Positions 29,256 to 39,309 are shown, counted from the stretch's first letter. The stretch: DNA of 64,000 bases from Pseudomonadota bacterium (GCA_021819435.1 JAKARB010000014.1:19085-83084); one strand, 5' to 3'. Notes: generated by a model not told the origin, from the sequence alone. Program-made: numbers and translations.

Positions 29256-29951
29256 ATGAATACCCTCGATCACCGCACCCGAGTCGCCGCAGAGAAGCGT
29301 GAGCGCATGCGCATGCGCCTGATCGAAAGCGCGCTACACGTGTTCGCACACAAAGGAGCGGACGCCGCCGTGATCGAAGACGTCATCGCCATGGCCGAGG
29401 TTTCGCGAGGCACCTTCTACAACTACTTCCGCACCAACGAGGAGTTGCTGGCCGCCGTGGTCAAGGAGTTGGGCGACGAACTGCTCGCGCTGGTCGAGGC
29501 CGTCGTCATCCAATGCAAGGATCCCGCTGAGCGGCTGGCCACAGGCGTTCGCATGACATTGCACACGATGCAGGCACATCCGCTGCTGGCGCAATTTGTC
29601 GCGCGTTCGGGCATGGCCATGGCAGCTCACAACAGCCTGGCGATGGCCTACCTGCCGCGCGACATCCTGGCGGCGATGGAGAGCGGCCGATTCAGCCTCG
29701 CTTCCGTGCAGGTGGGGCTTGTGCTGGTGCTGGGCACCGCGCACGCTGCGGTGGTCGCCATGACGCTGCCAGCGCCGATCGCCAACACCCTGCCAGCCAA
29801 TTACCCAGAAGATGTCGCCTACCACCTGCTGCTCGGCCTGGGCATGACCAAGGCACAGGCTCGCAAATTGGTGAGCTCCCCTATTCAACAGGTGGAGTTC
29901 CCGCCGCAGGCGCTGCTGGCCCGCACACGCCCGACGACCGACCGCATCTGA
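29256..29951 (+). CDS. TetR family regulator
   Basis: LIESALHVFAHKG...IEDVIAMAEVSRGTFYNYF HTH. Confidence 0.93.
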   Translation: MNTLDHRTRVAAEKRERMRMRLIESALHVFAHKGADAAVIEDVIAMAEVSRGTFYNYFRTNEELLAAVVKELGDELLALVEAVVIQCKDPAERLATGVRMTLHTMQAHPLLAQFVARSGMAMAAHNSLAMAYLPRDILAAMESGRFSLASVQVGLVLVLGTAHAAVVAMTLPAPIANTLPANYPEDVAYHLLLGLGMTKAQARKLVSSPIQQVEFPPQALLARTRPTTDRI

Positions 29952-30058
29952 TCGCACCCCGAGGTGTCCCGGTGCGTGCGTGAACGCCCTTCAGCCAATC
30001 ACGCTGGTCCAGGCGAAGGCGCGGCCGTTGCAGCCACCATGCGCGCCCGCTCAAGGGT

Positions 30059-31414
30059 TCATGCGCCTGCACCGCTCACCAGCTGGCACACCAGGCCCGC
30101 CCCGCCTGACGCCAGCACCACCGGTATCACGCCCACCTTGAAGCGCAACAAGGCCAATGCCGCCACCGCGCCGATCAGGGCTGCGGCCCATTCGAACCCA
30201 CCACCCAAGCCATGCGGCCACAGCACGTGGTACGCGAAGAACACCGCCAGGTTGACGATCACCCCCACCACGGCTGCGGTGATGCCCGTCAGCGGCGCGG
30301 TGAAGCCCAGCTTGCCATGCGTCGACTCGATGAACGGCGCACCCAGCAAGATGAAACAGAACGACGGCAGGAAGGTGAAGAAGGTGACCACAGTCGCCGC
30401 CACAACGCCCGCCAGCGGCAAGGCATCCGGCCCGAACAACGCCTTCGTCCAGCCACCCACGAAGCCCACGTAGGACACCACCATGATCAGCGGCCCCGGC
30501 GTGGTCTCGCCCAGCGCCAGGCCGTCGATCATCTGCGCAGGTGTCAACCACTGGAAGTGCTCGACGGCGCCCTGGTAGACGTAAGGCAGCACAGCGTAAG
30601 CCCCCCCGAAAGTCAACAGCGCCGCCTTGGTGAAAAACCAGGCCATCTGCGTGAGCACCGCGTTCCAACCGAGCCACAGCGCGAGCCCGCCCACGACCGC
30701 CGCCCACAAAGCCAAACACACGCCCAGCACGCGCCAGAAGCGCCCCCAGGTGAAGCGCGCATGGGCAGGCGGCGGGGTGTGGTCGTCGATGACAGCCGGC
30801 CCGTGCGAAGCGCTCGCCGCACCATGCCCGCCGCCAACCGAGAACTTCTCAGGCGCAACGCGCCCACCGATGAAACCCGTCACCCCCGCCATCAACACGA
30901 TCAGCGGAAAAGGCCAGCCCAACGCGAAGATGGCGAAGAAGGCCGCCGCCGCGATGCCCCACAGCCAGCCGTTCTTCAACGCCCGCGAACCGATGCGCAC
31001 CGCCGCCGACACCACGATGGCCGTGACCGCCGGCTTGATGCCGTAAAGCGCCCCGGCCACCGCCGGTACATGCCCCCAGGCCATGTAGACCCACGACAGC
31101 GCAATCAAGATGAACAGCGAAGGAAGCACGAACAAGCCCCCTGCCACGATGCCGCCCCAGGTGCGGTGCATGAGCCAGCCGATGTAGGTGGCCAACTGCT
31201 GCGCCTCTGGCCCGGGCAGCACCATGCAGTAGTTCAGCGCATGCAGGAAGCGCCGCTCCGAGATCCAGCGCTTGCGCTCCACCAAGTCTTCGTGCATGAG
31301 TGCGATCTGGCCCGCCGGCCCGCCGAAGCTGAGAAAGCCGAGGCGCAGCCAGTAGAGGAAGGCTTGCCAGAAGGTGGGGGGGGTGGGCGCAGCGCCCGGT
31401 GGATGATCGGTCAC
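30059..31414 (-). CDS. chrA: Chromate efflux transporter (long-chain)
   Basis: LSFGGPAGQIA, PGPEAQQLATYIGW, TFGGAYAV, ETTPGP. Confidence 0.95.
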   Translation of the reverse strand: MTDHPPGAAPTPPTFWQAFLYWLRLGFLSFGGPAGQIALMHEDLVERKRWISERRFLHALNYCMVLPGPEAQQLATYIGWLMHRTWGGIVAGGLFVLPSLFILIALSWVYMAWGHVPAVAGALYGIKPAVTAIVVSAAVRIGSRALKNGWLWGIAAAAFFAIFALGWPFPLIVLMAGVTGFIGGRVAPEKFSVGGGHGAASASHGPAVIDDHTPPPAHARFTWGRFWRVLGVCLALWAAVVGGLALWLGWNAVLTQMAWFFTKAALLTFGGAYAVLPYVYQGAVEHFQWLTPAQMIDGLALGETTPGPLIMVVSYVGFVGGWTKALFGPDALPLAGVVAATVVTFFTFLPSFCFILLGAPFIESTHGKLGFTAPLTGITAAVVGVIVNLAVFFAYHVLWPHGLGGGFEWAAALIGAVAALALLRFKVGVIPVVLASGGAGLVCQLVSGAGA

Positions 31415-31665
31415 GCCGGAAATGCATTTGGAGCGGGGACCAAATGCTACCTGAGCCGTCCTCCGCCATCCACCTGGGCATTCGCCCTCAAGAGGTCGGC
31501 AGGGCGGCGTGCACGCGAATGATCTGCGCACAAGCACGCGCCGCCTCGGCGCCCTTGGTCACGGCCAGCCTGCCTGGATGAATGCGATGCGCCAGGTGGA
31601 CGGGCCACCTTTGGCGCCTTGCTGCAAAGTGGTGATGCCTTGTGGAAAGGTCATGCCGCCCTGAA

Positions 31666-32457
31666 TCATGTTTGAAAGCCTTCGTCATCGCGCGAACGGA
31701 AATCCGCCTGCCCGTGCCGCCAATACGCCTTGCCGTACAAGCGCTCTCTCGGTAGAAGCCAGGTGCCCAACACATGCTGGCGCAAGGCCGTGACCAGCCC
31801 CGCCTCGCCAGCCAGCCACACCTGGCAGGACCCCACGTCATCGGGCACGCCCCAAGAGAGCACCGTCTCGACGAGCCCAGGCCGCTCACCGGCCAGCACC
31901 CAATGAAGGCGCACCATCGAAGCCGAGGTCATGACACGTCCATCCTGCGCGGAGGGCAGCTCAACCAAGGCAGTCACCCGCAACGGCTCTGGCAGGCTCG
32001 ACAAGATTGCTTCGATGGCCGGCAGCGCGGACGCATCGCCAATCAAGACGAGCCACTGCGTCCCCTCTTGCAAAACAAAACCGCCCGGCCTGGGGCCAGC
32101 CAGGCTCAAGGTGTCACCCACCCGCGCTTGGTCGGCCCATTGAGACACTGGCCCATGCTCATGCCGCACGAAGTCAACGTCGATGCGACCCAAGGCGCGA
32201 TCGACACGGCGAATCGTGTAGGCGCGACCGATGGTGAGGCCGCCTTGCGCCACGACGAACAGTTTGACCCAGGCGGCAGGCAGGCCCACACCGCCATCCA
32301 TGATGAAGCGCTGCACGCCTGGGCCGCCCAGGCTGAGCCGCCGGATGCCAGGAGACACCCGTCGCGTGTCCATCACCACCGCAACATGGCGCTCGCTGTC
32401 ACCGCTCGGCACGATCAGGCCTGACAAGCGCGAAGCCAACCCGTTCAACCAACTCAT
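31666..32457 (-). CDS. Siderophore-interacting protein (FAD-binding SIP family)
   Basis: RAYTIR, IDVDFVRH..GPVSQW, GDASALPAI, WLAGE, AYWR. Confidence 0.9.
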   Translation of the reverse strand: MSWLNGLASRLSGLIVPSGDSERHVAVVMDTRRVSPGIRRLSLGGPGVQRFIMDGGVGLPAAWVKLFVVAQGGLTIGRAYTIRRVDRALGRIDVDFVRHEHGPVSQWADQARVGDTLSLAGPRPGGFVLQEGTQWLVLIGDASALPAIEAILSSLPEPLRVTALVELPSAQDGRVMTSASMVRLHWVLAGERPGLVETVLSWGVPDDVGSCQVWLAGEAGLVTALRQHVLGTWLLPRERLYGKAYWRHGQADFRSRDDEGFQT

Positions 32458-33704
32458 GAGCGCCCCGCCTCGGCCACAGGCACCGCCCACAGCAACCACA
32501 GCGCCACCAAGGAGCCCCCCGCCACCACCAAGGTGCCGAAGAAGAACACCGCCTCAATCCCCCAGACACCGGCCAGCGCCCCTGCACCCGGGTTGATGAG
32601 GCCGAGCGCGATGTCAAGGAAAGCCACATAGGCGCCCATGGCCGCGCCCCGGTTCTGCGGCGGCGCCCGCTTGACCGACTCGACACCAAAGCCGGGAAAG
32701 GCCAGCGAATAACCAAAACCCGTCAAGGCCGCACCAACGAAGGCCACTACCGGCGTGGGTGCCAGCCAGATCATGGCTTGCCCACCCGCTTCGATCAGCA
32801 CACAGATCAGCGCCACCTTGGCGCCCCCCACCTTGTCAGGCAGATGCCCGAAGAGCAGGCGCGCACCGATGAAAGCCACGCCAAACGCCGTGAACGCCAA
32901 CGAAGGGTTGCCCCATGATCGACTGGTGAACAGCAGTGGGATGAAAGCCGTGAGCAACCCAAAGCCCGCGCTCGACAAAGCCAGCCCCAGGCCCGGCACC
33001 CACACCTGACCCAACACCTTGTAGAAAGGCATGCGCTGCACGCCCGACGGTGCAAGGGGCTTGACCCAGGCGATGAAGCCCCAGGCCAATGTCGGCAGCA
33101 TCACGCACGCCCCAGCCACCGCCGCGAAGCCCTGGGCGCCACACAAACCCGGCTCGCCATGCAGATGCACGCCCAAAGGCGCGCCCCCCGCGTAGGCCCC
33201 GTAGATCGCGATGCCCACCCAGGCCATCACCTTGCCGACGTTGTGCGGGCCAACCAGCCCCACGCCCCACGACAAGGCACCCGTGACGATCAGGCTTTCC
33301 GCGCAGCCCTGCAGGACGCGCCCGAGCAGGATGAGGCCCACGGCCTGTCCGGGCTCGTGGTTGAACTGGGTGGACAGCAAATAGGCCAGGCCCGCCGCCG
33401 CCGCCATCACCAAGCCCGACACCACCGCCGTCTTCGCGCCCCGCGTGTCGGCCATGGCACCCGCCCAAGCACGGCTGAGCAAAGCGGCCGCGAACTGAGC
33501 CCCCGCCGCGATGCCGACGACCCAGGTGCCCATTCCCAGCGTGCCGTGGATGTGCAAAGGCAACACCGGCAGCACCATGCCGATGGCCAGGAAACCGAGG
33601 AAGACCGCGAAGGTGATGGGCAGGAGCACGGCGAAGACACTGCGCCCCGATGTGGCCGCCTGCGCCAGACGGGACGCGACAGAGGTGTTGGAAGAGGAAG
33701 GCAT
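32454..33704 (-). CDS. MFS transporter, YfcJ/YhhS family
   Basis: 12 TM segments; GRVLQGCAES, MAWVGIAIYGA, NRGAAMGAYVAFLD. Confidence 0.88.
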   Translation of the reverse strand: MPSSSNTSVASRLAQAATSGRSVFAVLLPITFAVFLGFLAIGMVLPVLPLHIHGTLGMGTWVVGIAAGAQFAAALLSRAWAGAMADTRGAKTAVVSGLVMAAAAGLAYLLSTQFNHEPGQAVGLILLGRVLQGCAESLIVTGALSWGVGLVGPHNVGKVMAWVGIAIYGAYAGGAPLGVHLHGEPGLCGAQGFAAVAGACVMLPTLAWGFIAWVKPLAPSGVQRMPFYKVLGQVWVPGLGLALSSAGFGLLTAFIPLLFTSRSWGNPSLAFTAFGVAFIGARLLFGHLPDKVGGAKVALICVLIEAGGQAMIWLAPTPVVAFVGAALTGFGYSLAFPGFGVESVKRAPPQNRGAAMGAYVAFLDIALGLINPGAGALAGVWGIEAVFFFGTLVVAGGSLVALWLLWAVPVAEAGRS

Positions 33705-33842
33705 GGCTGCTCCTGATGGGCGGACGATGAAAAACGAGTCATTGCTCAACATTTGGCGATGCTAGGCAACACCACCCTCGCTGAAAACTCGCGTTCCAGA
33801 TCGCAAATCACCCCTCGGACAAACCGATCCTGCGCATCCAAA

Positions 33843-34487
33843 TCATGGATTTGGGCTCGCGTTTTCAGGCCCGCGAATGCCGCCGAGGTAACCCATCACG
33901 GCCTCGACGATGGCCTTTTCCACCTCGCTCACCGAGAACCCGCGCGGCGGATCGATGACGGCCGCGTGCACCATCGACTCGGTGATCTTGAGGATGACCC
34001 AGGCGGCCAGGTCCAGGTTGCGCGGCCTGATCTGCGCCTTGAACTGCCCCAACAAGGCACGCACGCGCTTGGCGATGCCTTGGTCTGTCTCGCTGTCGGC
34101 CTGGGGCGCATCGAAAAAGGGAAACTCCCGCTCCAGCACCTGATGCAGCTTGGGCTCGACCAGGTGCGCGGCCAGCAACGCCCTCACCATCGACTCGATC
34201 TGGCTGCGCAGGCTGGCCTTGTTCGAGGCACCCAGCACCGCATCGATGACCTGGTGCATGTGGCTGGCGTGGCGTTCATGCAGGGCCGCGATCAGCGAAT
34301 CCTTGTGCGGGAAGTATTGGTACACCGAACCGACGCTGACACCCGCCCGCTCCGCCACCAGGTTGGTGTTCATGCCCGCGTAACCCTTCTCCGACAAAAC
34401 CAGCGCCGCCGCTTCGAGGATGTTGTCCACCATGCGCCGCGAGCGGGCTTGTGTGGGAAGCTTTCTTGGGGTTGGGATGGGAGGCAT
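33843..34487 (-). CDS. TetR family regulator
   Basis: QARSRRMVDNILEAA, TNLVAERAGVSVGSVYQYFPHK. Confidence 0.93.
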   Translation of the reverse strand: MPPIPTPRKLPTQARSRRMVDNILEAAALVLSEKGYAGMNTNLVAERAGVSVGSVYQYFPHKDSLIAALHERHASHMHQVIDAVLGASNKASLRSQIESMVRALLAAHLVEPKLHQVLEREFPFFDAPQADSETDQGIAKRVRALLGQFKAQIRPRNLDLAAWVILKITESMVHAAVIDPPRGFSVSEVEKAIVEAVMGYLGGIRGPENASPNP

Positions 34488-34568
34488 GAAAGAAGGGCGG
34501 GCGTGAAATTGAATTCTTGCTCACGTTTCAGGGCAACGGCAAGCTCTCACCCCACCCATCCCTCACCC

Positions 34569-36059
34569 TCACGGCCGCGCCAACAAGTCCGCCACCAACT
34601 GATAAACCTGCCGCAACGCCGCATTGGCATCGAACGCCACACCTTGGCGCAGCACCACCAAGCCACGGCTGGGCACGATCACCAGGTGCTGCTCCTGAAA
34701 ACCAGCGAAGAAGACCAAGTCCGCCGGCAGTTGGGCGCGCAGGTCAGCCGGCAGTTGGTCGGTGGGCTGGCGCCACAGCATGCCGCCGTAACCGCTGTTG
34801 GCGGGCGAAGGCGCCTTCATGAAGTCCACGTAAGACGGGTTGAGGATCTCCTGCCCCTTCCAGCGTCCGCCGTTGGCCACCAGTTGCCCCAGCCGCAACC
34901 AATCAACGGGGCGCAGCATGCCGCGCGCGCCGCCCACGGGTGAGCCAGATGCGTCGACCTCGATGTAGCCGCCCCGGATGCCCAGGGGCGCGAACAGGCG
35001 CTGCTGGTAGAGGTCGTAGACCTGCTGGTGGCTGCCTCCGGCCAGTTGCTTCAGGCGGCACATGGCCAGGTTGGCAAAGCCCGTGGAGTAATTGAAGACC
35101 GTGCCCGGCCGCGCCACCAAAGGCTTGTTCGCGGCCCAGGTGCATTGGTCTTCTTGCGTGAACAGCATCTTGGTGGTGTCGTCATCGCCAATGCCATAAC
35201 CGCCCTCCACCCAGGCCAGCCCAGGCGCCATGTTCAGCAACTGGCGCCAGGTGATGGCGGCCTTGTCGGTGCCCTGCCAGGCGGGGAAACCCACCGGCGC
35301 ATCCAGGGCGATCCGGCCGTCGCGCTCCATCACACCAGCGACCAGCGCCGTCAAGGTCTTGGTCATCGACCAGCCCAGTTGCAGGCGGTTGCGGTCGAAG
35401 TGGGTTGCGTAGCGTTCGTACACCAGCTTGCCGTCCTGCGCCACCAGCAACGCATTGGTGTTGACCTTCTTGGCCGGGTCCGTGCTGGTCTCGGCGAACA
35501 TGGCGGTGGCCGCCTTGTTGAGCACGGCGAGGCGACCCGAGCTCAGCAACTCGCTTTGCGCTTTGCCCTCGCCGAAGGGCCAGGGGGTGGTCGTGTCCGC
35601 CACGGCGGGCACGGCGGCCTTAAACGGTTGCGCGCGCAACGCGGCCTCTTTTGCGGAAGACGCGGTGATGAGCGTGCAACCCAGGCCCGGCCTGTACACG
35701 GCCCGCCGAGGCGAGAGGAAGAAAGCCGACACATCGGCCTCGTCCGCGCCATGCGTCACCAGCCAGAAGCTGGGCAGGGGCTGCACCTTGGGGGCGGTGT
35801 ACTGCGACTTCACACGCGAGAAATCATCGCCTGTGGCGATGGCGCGTGAGCACAAGTCCCAGGCCGCGTAGCCCGTGCCCACGGGGATGGACTTGAGGAT
35901 GTCGAGCAGCGATGGGGATGGGGCCGCGCTCGGTGAAGCCGAAGCCTGCTGCGCTGCGGCGGGCCACGCCAGGCACACACTCGCCGTGAGGGCGCACGCC
36001 CAAGCAAGCAAGCAACGTTCTGCGGCGCGGAAGATTCGGGGGGCAGATTCGATGGTCAT
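34569..36059 (-). CDS. Exported serine hydrolase, beta-lactamase/AmpC-like family
   Basis: Signal peptide; WSMTKT (SxxK), FNYSTG (YxT), FFAGFQ. Confidence 0.85.
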   Translation of the reverse strand: MTIESAPRIFRAAERCLLAWACALTASVCLAWPAAAQQASASPSAAPSPSLLDILKSIPVGTGYAAWDLCSRAIATGDDFSRVKSQYTAPKVQPLPSFWLVTHGADEADVSAFFLSPRRAVYRPGLGCTLITASSAKEAALRAQPFKAAVPAVADTTTPWPFGEGKAQSELLSSGRLAVLNKAATAMFAETSTDPAKKVNTNALLVAQDGKLVYERYATHFDRNRLQLGWSMTKTLTALVAGVMERDGRIALDAPVGFPAWQGTDKAAITWRQLLNMAPGLAWVEGGYGIGDDDTTKMLFTQEDQCTWAANKPLVARPGTVFNYSTGFANLAMCRLKQLAGGSHQQVYDLYQQRLFAPLGIRGGYIEVDASGSPVGGARGMLRPVDWLRLGQLVANGGRWKGQEILNPSYVDFMKAPSPANSGYGGMLWRQPTDQLPADLRAQLPADLVFFAGFQEQHLVIVPSRGLVVLRQGVAFDANAALRQVYQLVADLLARP

Positions 36060-36243
36060 GGGCGTTGTTCGGGGCGCTGACATGCTGGTGCGGCAAAGCA
36101 TACGGTGCAAACACGCGCCGGGCGCCAGGACATGGGCCAGGCATTCCCCGACATGCCGTGCTGCCCGCGTGAACCGAAGCACCACCTCCGGAGAGCGTGG
36201 CACCAACCTTGCTGGCTCGACGCCATCAAACTGGAGTTCTCCG

Positions 36244-36591
36244 ATGACTCAACGGGTCTTTGTGGTGGCGGACCACCTGCAACCGAGCGAAGTCGAACCC
36301 ATCCGCTCGGTTGTGCGCGAAACCAGCGATGCGGTCATCGTTGCATGGACGGTCAAGCCCGGTCAGCGCATCAAACCGCATGTGCACCCTGCCGGCCAGG
36401 ACACATGGACCGTGATCTCGGGCGTGGGCGAGTACCAGGTCGACGCGTCCGGCACAACGCTGAAGCTCAAAGCGGGGGACATCGCGGTGGCGCCCACGGG
36501 CGCGGTGCACGGCCTGCTCAACACCGGACAGGAAGACTTCGTCTTCGTGTCGGTGGTGTGCCCGGCGCTTGCCGGATTTGAGGAGCTGTGA
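36244..36591 (+). CDS. Cupin domain protein
   Basis: IKPHVHPAGQDTW.V..G.G and GAVHGLLN cupin motifs. Confidence 0.88.
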   Translation: MTQRVFVVADHLQPSEVEPIRSVVRETSDAVIVAWTVKPGQRIKPHVHPAGQDTWTVISGVGEYQVDASGTTLKLKAGDIAVAPTGAVHGLLNTGQEDFVFVSVVCPALAGFEEL

Positions 36592-36727
36592 GGCGGCCGG
36601 ATGGCGCAGCAATGCGGTCTCGTCCAGGTACTCGCAGATCTCGCGGCACACGCCGATGGAGCTGGTGATGGCGTGGGCATAAGTGACTGCGACTGAGGAG
36701 CCCCGCGACATCCTCGAACTGGGCGCG

Positions 36728-36771
36728 GACCGCAATGGCGCTCGCAGCGGCTGCGAATGCCGAAAGCGGTC
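36728..36771. repeat. Imperfect nested palindrome upstream of abiEi
   Basis: GACCGC...GGC..TCGCAGC-G-GCTGCGA..GCC...GCGGTC. Confidence 0.55.
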
Positions 36772-36914
36772 GCTTAGGTATTCGAACCTGAACGACTCAG
36801 TTCAGCCTATTGCGATCATCAAACCTCCGGGCGGCGGTTTGCAGCGCCTGCGTCCATTCACCACCCCGCCATCTCGTTGCCCAACAGCGACGAGGCCCGC
36901 AGAACATGGTCGAA

Positions 36915-36962
36915 TGTTTCGTTTTTTCTTCATAAATTTGCATTCGACGAAAAAACGGAACA
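36915..36962. promoter_or_regulatory. 14-bp inverted repeat, candidate AbiEi autoregulatory operator
   Basis: TGTTTCGTTTTTTC (36915) vs GAAAAAACGGAACA (36949): 13/14 match, 20-bp spacer, directly before ATG 36973. Confidence 0.65.
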
Positions 36963-36972
36963 CACTCTGCCC

Positions 36973-37578
36973 ATGCTCTCCAGCACCCACACTCAGCGTG
37001 TCCTCGATCTGGCCAGCCAGAAGGGACTGCTGCGCGCCAGCGATCTGGACGCCATCGGTACGCCTCGGGTCGTTCTGACGCGCCTGACCGCTGCGGGCCT
37101 GCTGGAAAAAGTGGGGCGAGGCCTTTACCGGCTGCCGGATGCACAAGTTTCGGAATTCGAGAGCCTGGGCACCATCGCCACCAAGGTGCCTCAAGCAGTG
37201 TTTTGCCTGCTCACAGCCCTGCAGTTTCATGAGCTGACGACGCAGCTACCGCGACAGGTCTGGATCGCCATGCCACGGGGCAGCCACCCGCCTCGCGTGG
37301 ACTACCCGCCCGTCAAACTGGTGCAGTTCACGGGTGATGCCTACACGGCCGGGATCGAGGAAGTCGAGCACGACGGTGTCAGGCTGCGGGTGTACAGCGT
37401 GGCGAAGACCGTGGCGGACTGCTTCAAGCACCGCAACAAGATCGGCCTGGATGTGGCGCTGGAGGCGCTGAAAGACGCCCGGGCGCACAGCAAGGCATCC
37501 GTCGACGACATCTGGCGTTTTGCCAAGGTATGTCGCGTGGCCAATGTGATGCGCCCCTATCTGGAGAGCGTCGGATGA
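36973..37578 (+). CDS. abiEi: Type IV TA antitoxin, AbiEi family
   Basis: N-terminal wHTH (GLLEKVGRGLY), SVAKTVADCFKHRNKIGLDVALEAL. Confidence 0.9.
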   Translation: MLSSTHTQRVLDLASQKGLLRASDLDAIGTPRVVLTRLTAAGLLEKVGRGLYRLPDAQVSEFESLGTIATKVPQAVFCLLTALQFHELTTQLPRQVWIAMPRGSHPPRVDYPPVKLVQFTGDAYTAGIEEVEHDGVRLRVYSVAKTVADCFKHRNKIGLDVALEALKDARAHSKASVDDIWRFAKVCRVANVMRPYLESVG

Positions 37579-38486
37579 ATGCGGCCACCCGAAATGGCTC
37601 GGCATCTGTCCGTGCACGCCTGCTGAATGTCGCCAAGGCGCAAGGCGTCGATTTCAACCAGGTGCTGGTGCGCTTTGCCTTGGAGCGCATCCTCTATCGG
37701 CTGACCCAGTCGCCACACGCAGATCGCTTTGTGCTCAAAGGTGCGCTTCTGTTCACGCTCTGGTACGACATGCCACACCGGGCCACACGCGATGCCGATC
37801 TGTTGGGCTTCGGTGCCAGCGATCTGGCGTCAGTGACCCAAGTGTTTCGGGACATCGCCGCTGTGGCGGTCGACGACGGCATCGTGTTCGACCCAGCCTC
37901 CGTCACGGTCGAGGAGATCCGCAAGGAAGCCAGCTACGGCGGCGTTCGTGTGATCATTGCGGGTGATCTCGCCAAAGCATGTTGCAAGACCCAGATCGAC
38001 GTCGGCTTCGGCGACGCCGTCACACCGGCGCCTGTTGATTCGGTCTATCCGGTGCTGCTGGAGGACATGCCCGCGCCAAGACTTCGCACCTACCCAACGT
38101 ACACCGTCATCGCGGAAAAGCTACACGCCATCGCGTTGCTGGGCATGACCAACAGCCGCCTGAAGGACTACTTCGATCTGTCGGTGCTATTGGAACGAGA
38201 AACCCTGGACATTGATCTGCTGGCCCAAGCGATCAAGGCCACGTTCGGAAGACGAGGCATGGCGGTTCGTGACGCGCTGCATGACGGGATGCTTGTGGGC
38301 CTGACGGATGAGTTTGCGCACGACACTTCGCGCCAGGCGATGTGGCAAGCATTTCTCAAGAAGAACGAACTTCCGCCAGAACCCTTGCCCGCCATCGTTG
38401 GCCGCTTGAGCGTGGCATTGGCACCTGCTTTGAACGCCGTCCTTCATGGCGCAACGTTCACCGCTGACCCCTCGTTGAATTCCTAA
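37575..38486 (+). CDS. abiEii: Type IV TA toxin, AbiEii nucleotidyltransferase
   Basis: FVLKGALL, HRATRDADL, IDVGFGD, IAEKLHA, NSRLKDYFD; ATGA overlap with the antitoxin. Confidence 0.93.
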   Translation: MNAATRNGSASVRARLLNVAKAQGVDFNQVLVRFALERILYRLTQSPHADRFVLKGALLFTLWYDMPHRATRDADLLGFGASDLASVTQVFRDIAAVAVDDGIVFDPASVTVEEIRKEASYGGVRVIIAGDLAKACCKTQIDVGFGDAVTPAPVDSVYPVLLEDMPAPRLRTYPTYTVIAEKLHAIALLGMTNSRLKDYFDLSVLLERETLDIDLLAQAIKATFGRRGMAVRDALHDGMLVGLTDEFAHDTSRQAMWQAFLKKNELPPEPLPAIVGRLSVALAPALNAVLHGATFTADPSLNS

Positions 38487-38607
38487 CGTCGCGTCAGTCA
38501 ATGATCTCCCCACCAAATGACAATCCGATCTGACCGGGGGGCATATCACCAACCCACGTGCCACATTGGAATGGAGCACCAAGCCCACAGAGTGCTACGC
38601 TCCCCCC

Positions 38608-39243
38608 ATGCTCCACCGCCTAACCCTCCCCGTCACCGCCTTCGAACAGAACTGCTCCCTCGTCTGGTGTGACGAGACGAACGAAGCCGCCCTGATCGAC
38701 CCGGGCGGCGACATCGGCGAGCTGCTGCAGGCGGTTGAAGAGCGCGGCCTCACGCTCAAGGCGCTGTGGCTCACCCACGCCCACATCGATCACGCGGGCG
38801 GCACGGGCACGCTGGCGCGCACGCTGGGCTTGCCCATCGTCGGCCCGCACGAGGGCGATCAGTTCTGGATCGATTCGCTGCCGCAGCAAAGCCAGATGTT
38901 CGGATTCCCGCAGGCCGAGCCTTTCACGCCCACGCGCTGGCTGCACGATGGCGACGAGGTCACCATCGGCAAGCAGACCTTGAAGGTGTTGCACTGCCCC
39001 GGCCACACGCCCGGCCACGTCGTGTTCTTCCACGATGGCACGCGCCACGCGTTCGTGGGCGATGTGCTGTTCAACGGCAGCATCGGCCGCACCGATTTCC
39101 CTGGTGGCCGGCACGCCGACCTGATCCGCGCCATCACCGAGCACCTGCTGCCGCTGGGTGACGACATCACCTTCACGCCCGGCCATGGGCCCGAGAGCAC
39201 CTTCGGCGAGGAGCGGCGCTTCAACCCCTACATCAAGCGCTGA
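38608..39243 (+). CDS. MBL-fold metallo-hydrolase (YcbL/GloC-like)
   Basis: THAHIDH, PGHTPGH, GDVLFNGSIGRTD, PGHG. Confidence 0.93.
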   Translation: MLHRLTLPVTAFEQNCSLVWCDETNEAALIDPGGDIGELLQAVEERGLTLKALWLTHAHIDHAGGTGTLARTLGLPIVGPHEGDQFWIDSLPQQSQMFGFPQAEPFTPTRWLHDGDEVTIGKQTLKVLHCPGHTPGHVVFFHDGTRHAFVGDVLFNGSIGRTDFPGGRHADLIRAITEHLLPLGDDITFTPGHGPESTFGEERRFNPYIKR

Positions 39244-39309
39244 CGCTGAGCCCGCGCGCGGGCGAAGGCGTGCGTGGCCTCAAATGAAACGCTGATCGAT
39301 GTCGATTGA

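Noticed and set aside
36595-36735. GST-like fragment (..REICEYLDE..) on the minus strand
   Set aside because: Only one short motif, no upstream thioredoxin-fold sequence; could be chance
38480-38560. attC after abiEii (stop codon lies in CCTAAC)
   Set aside because: No palindromic L boxes or GTT R' partner follow, so AbiE is not called a cassette
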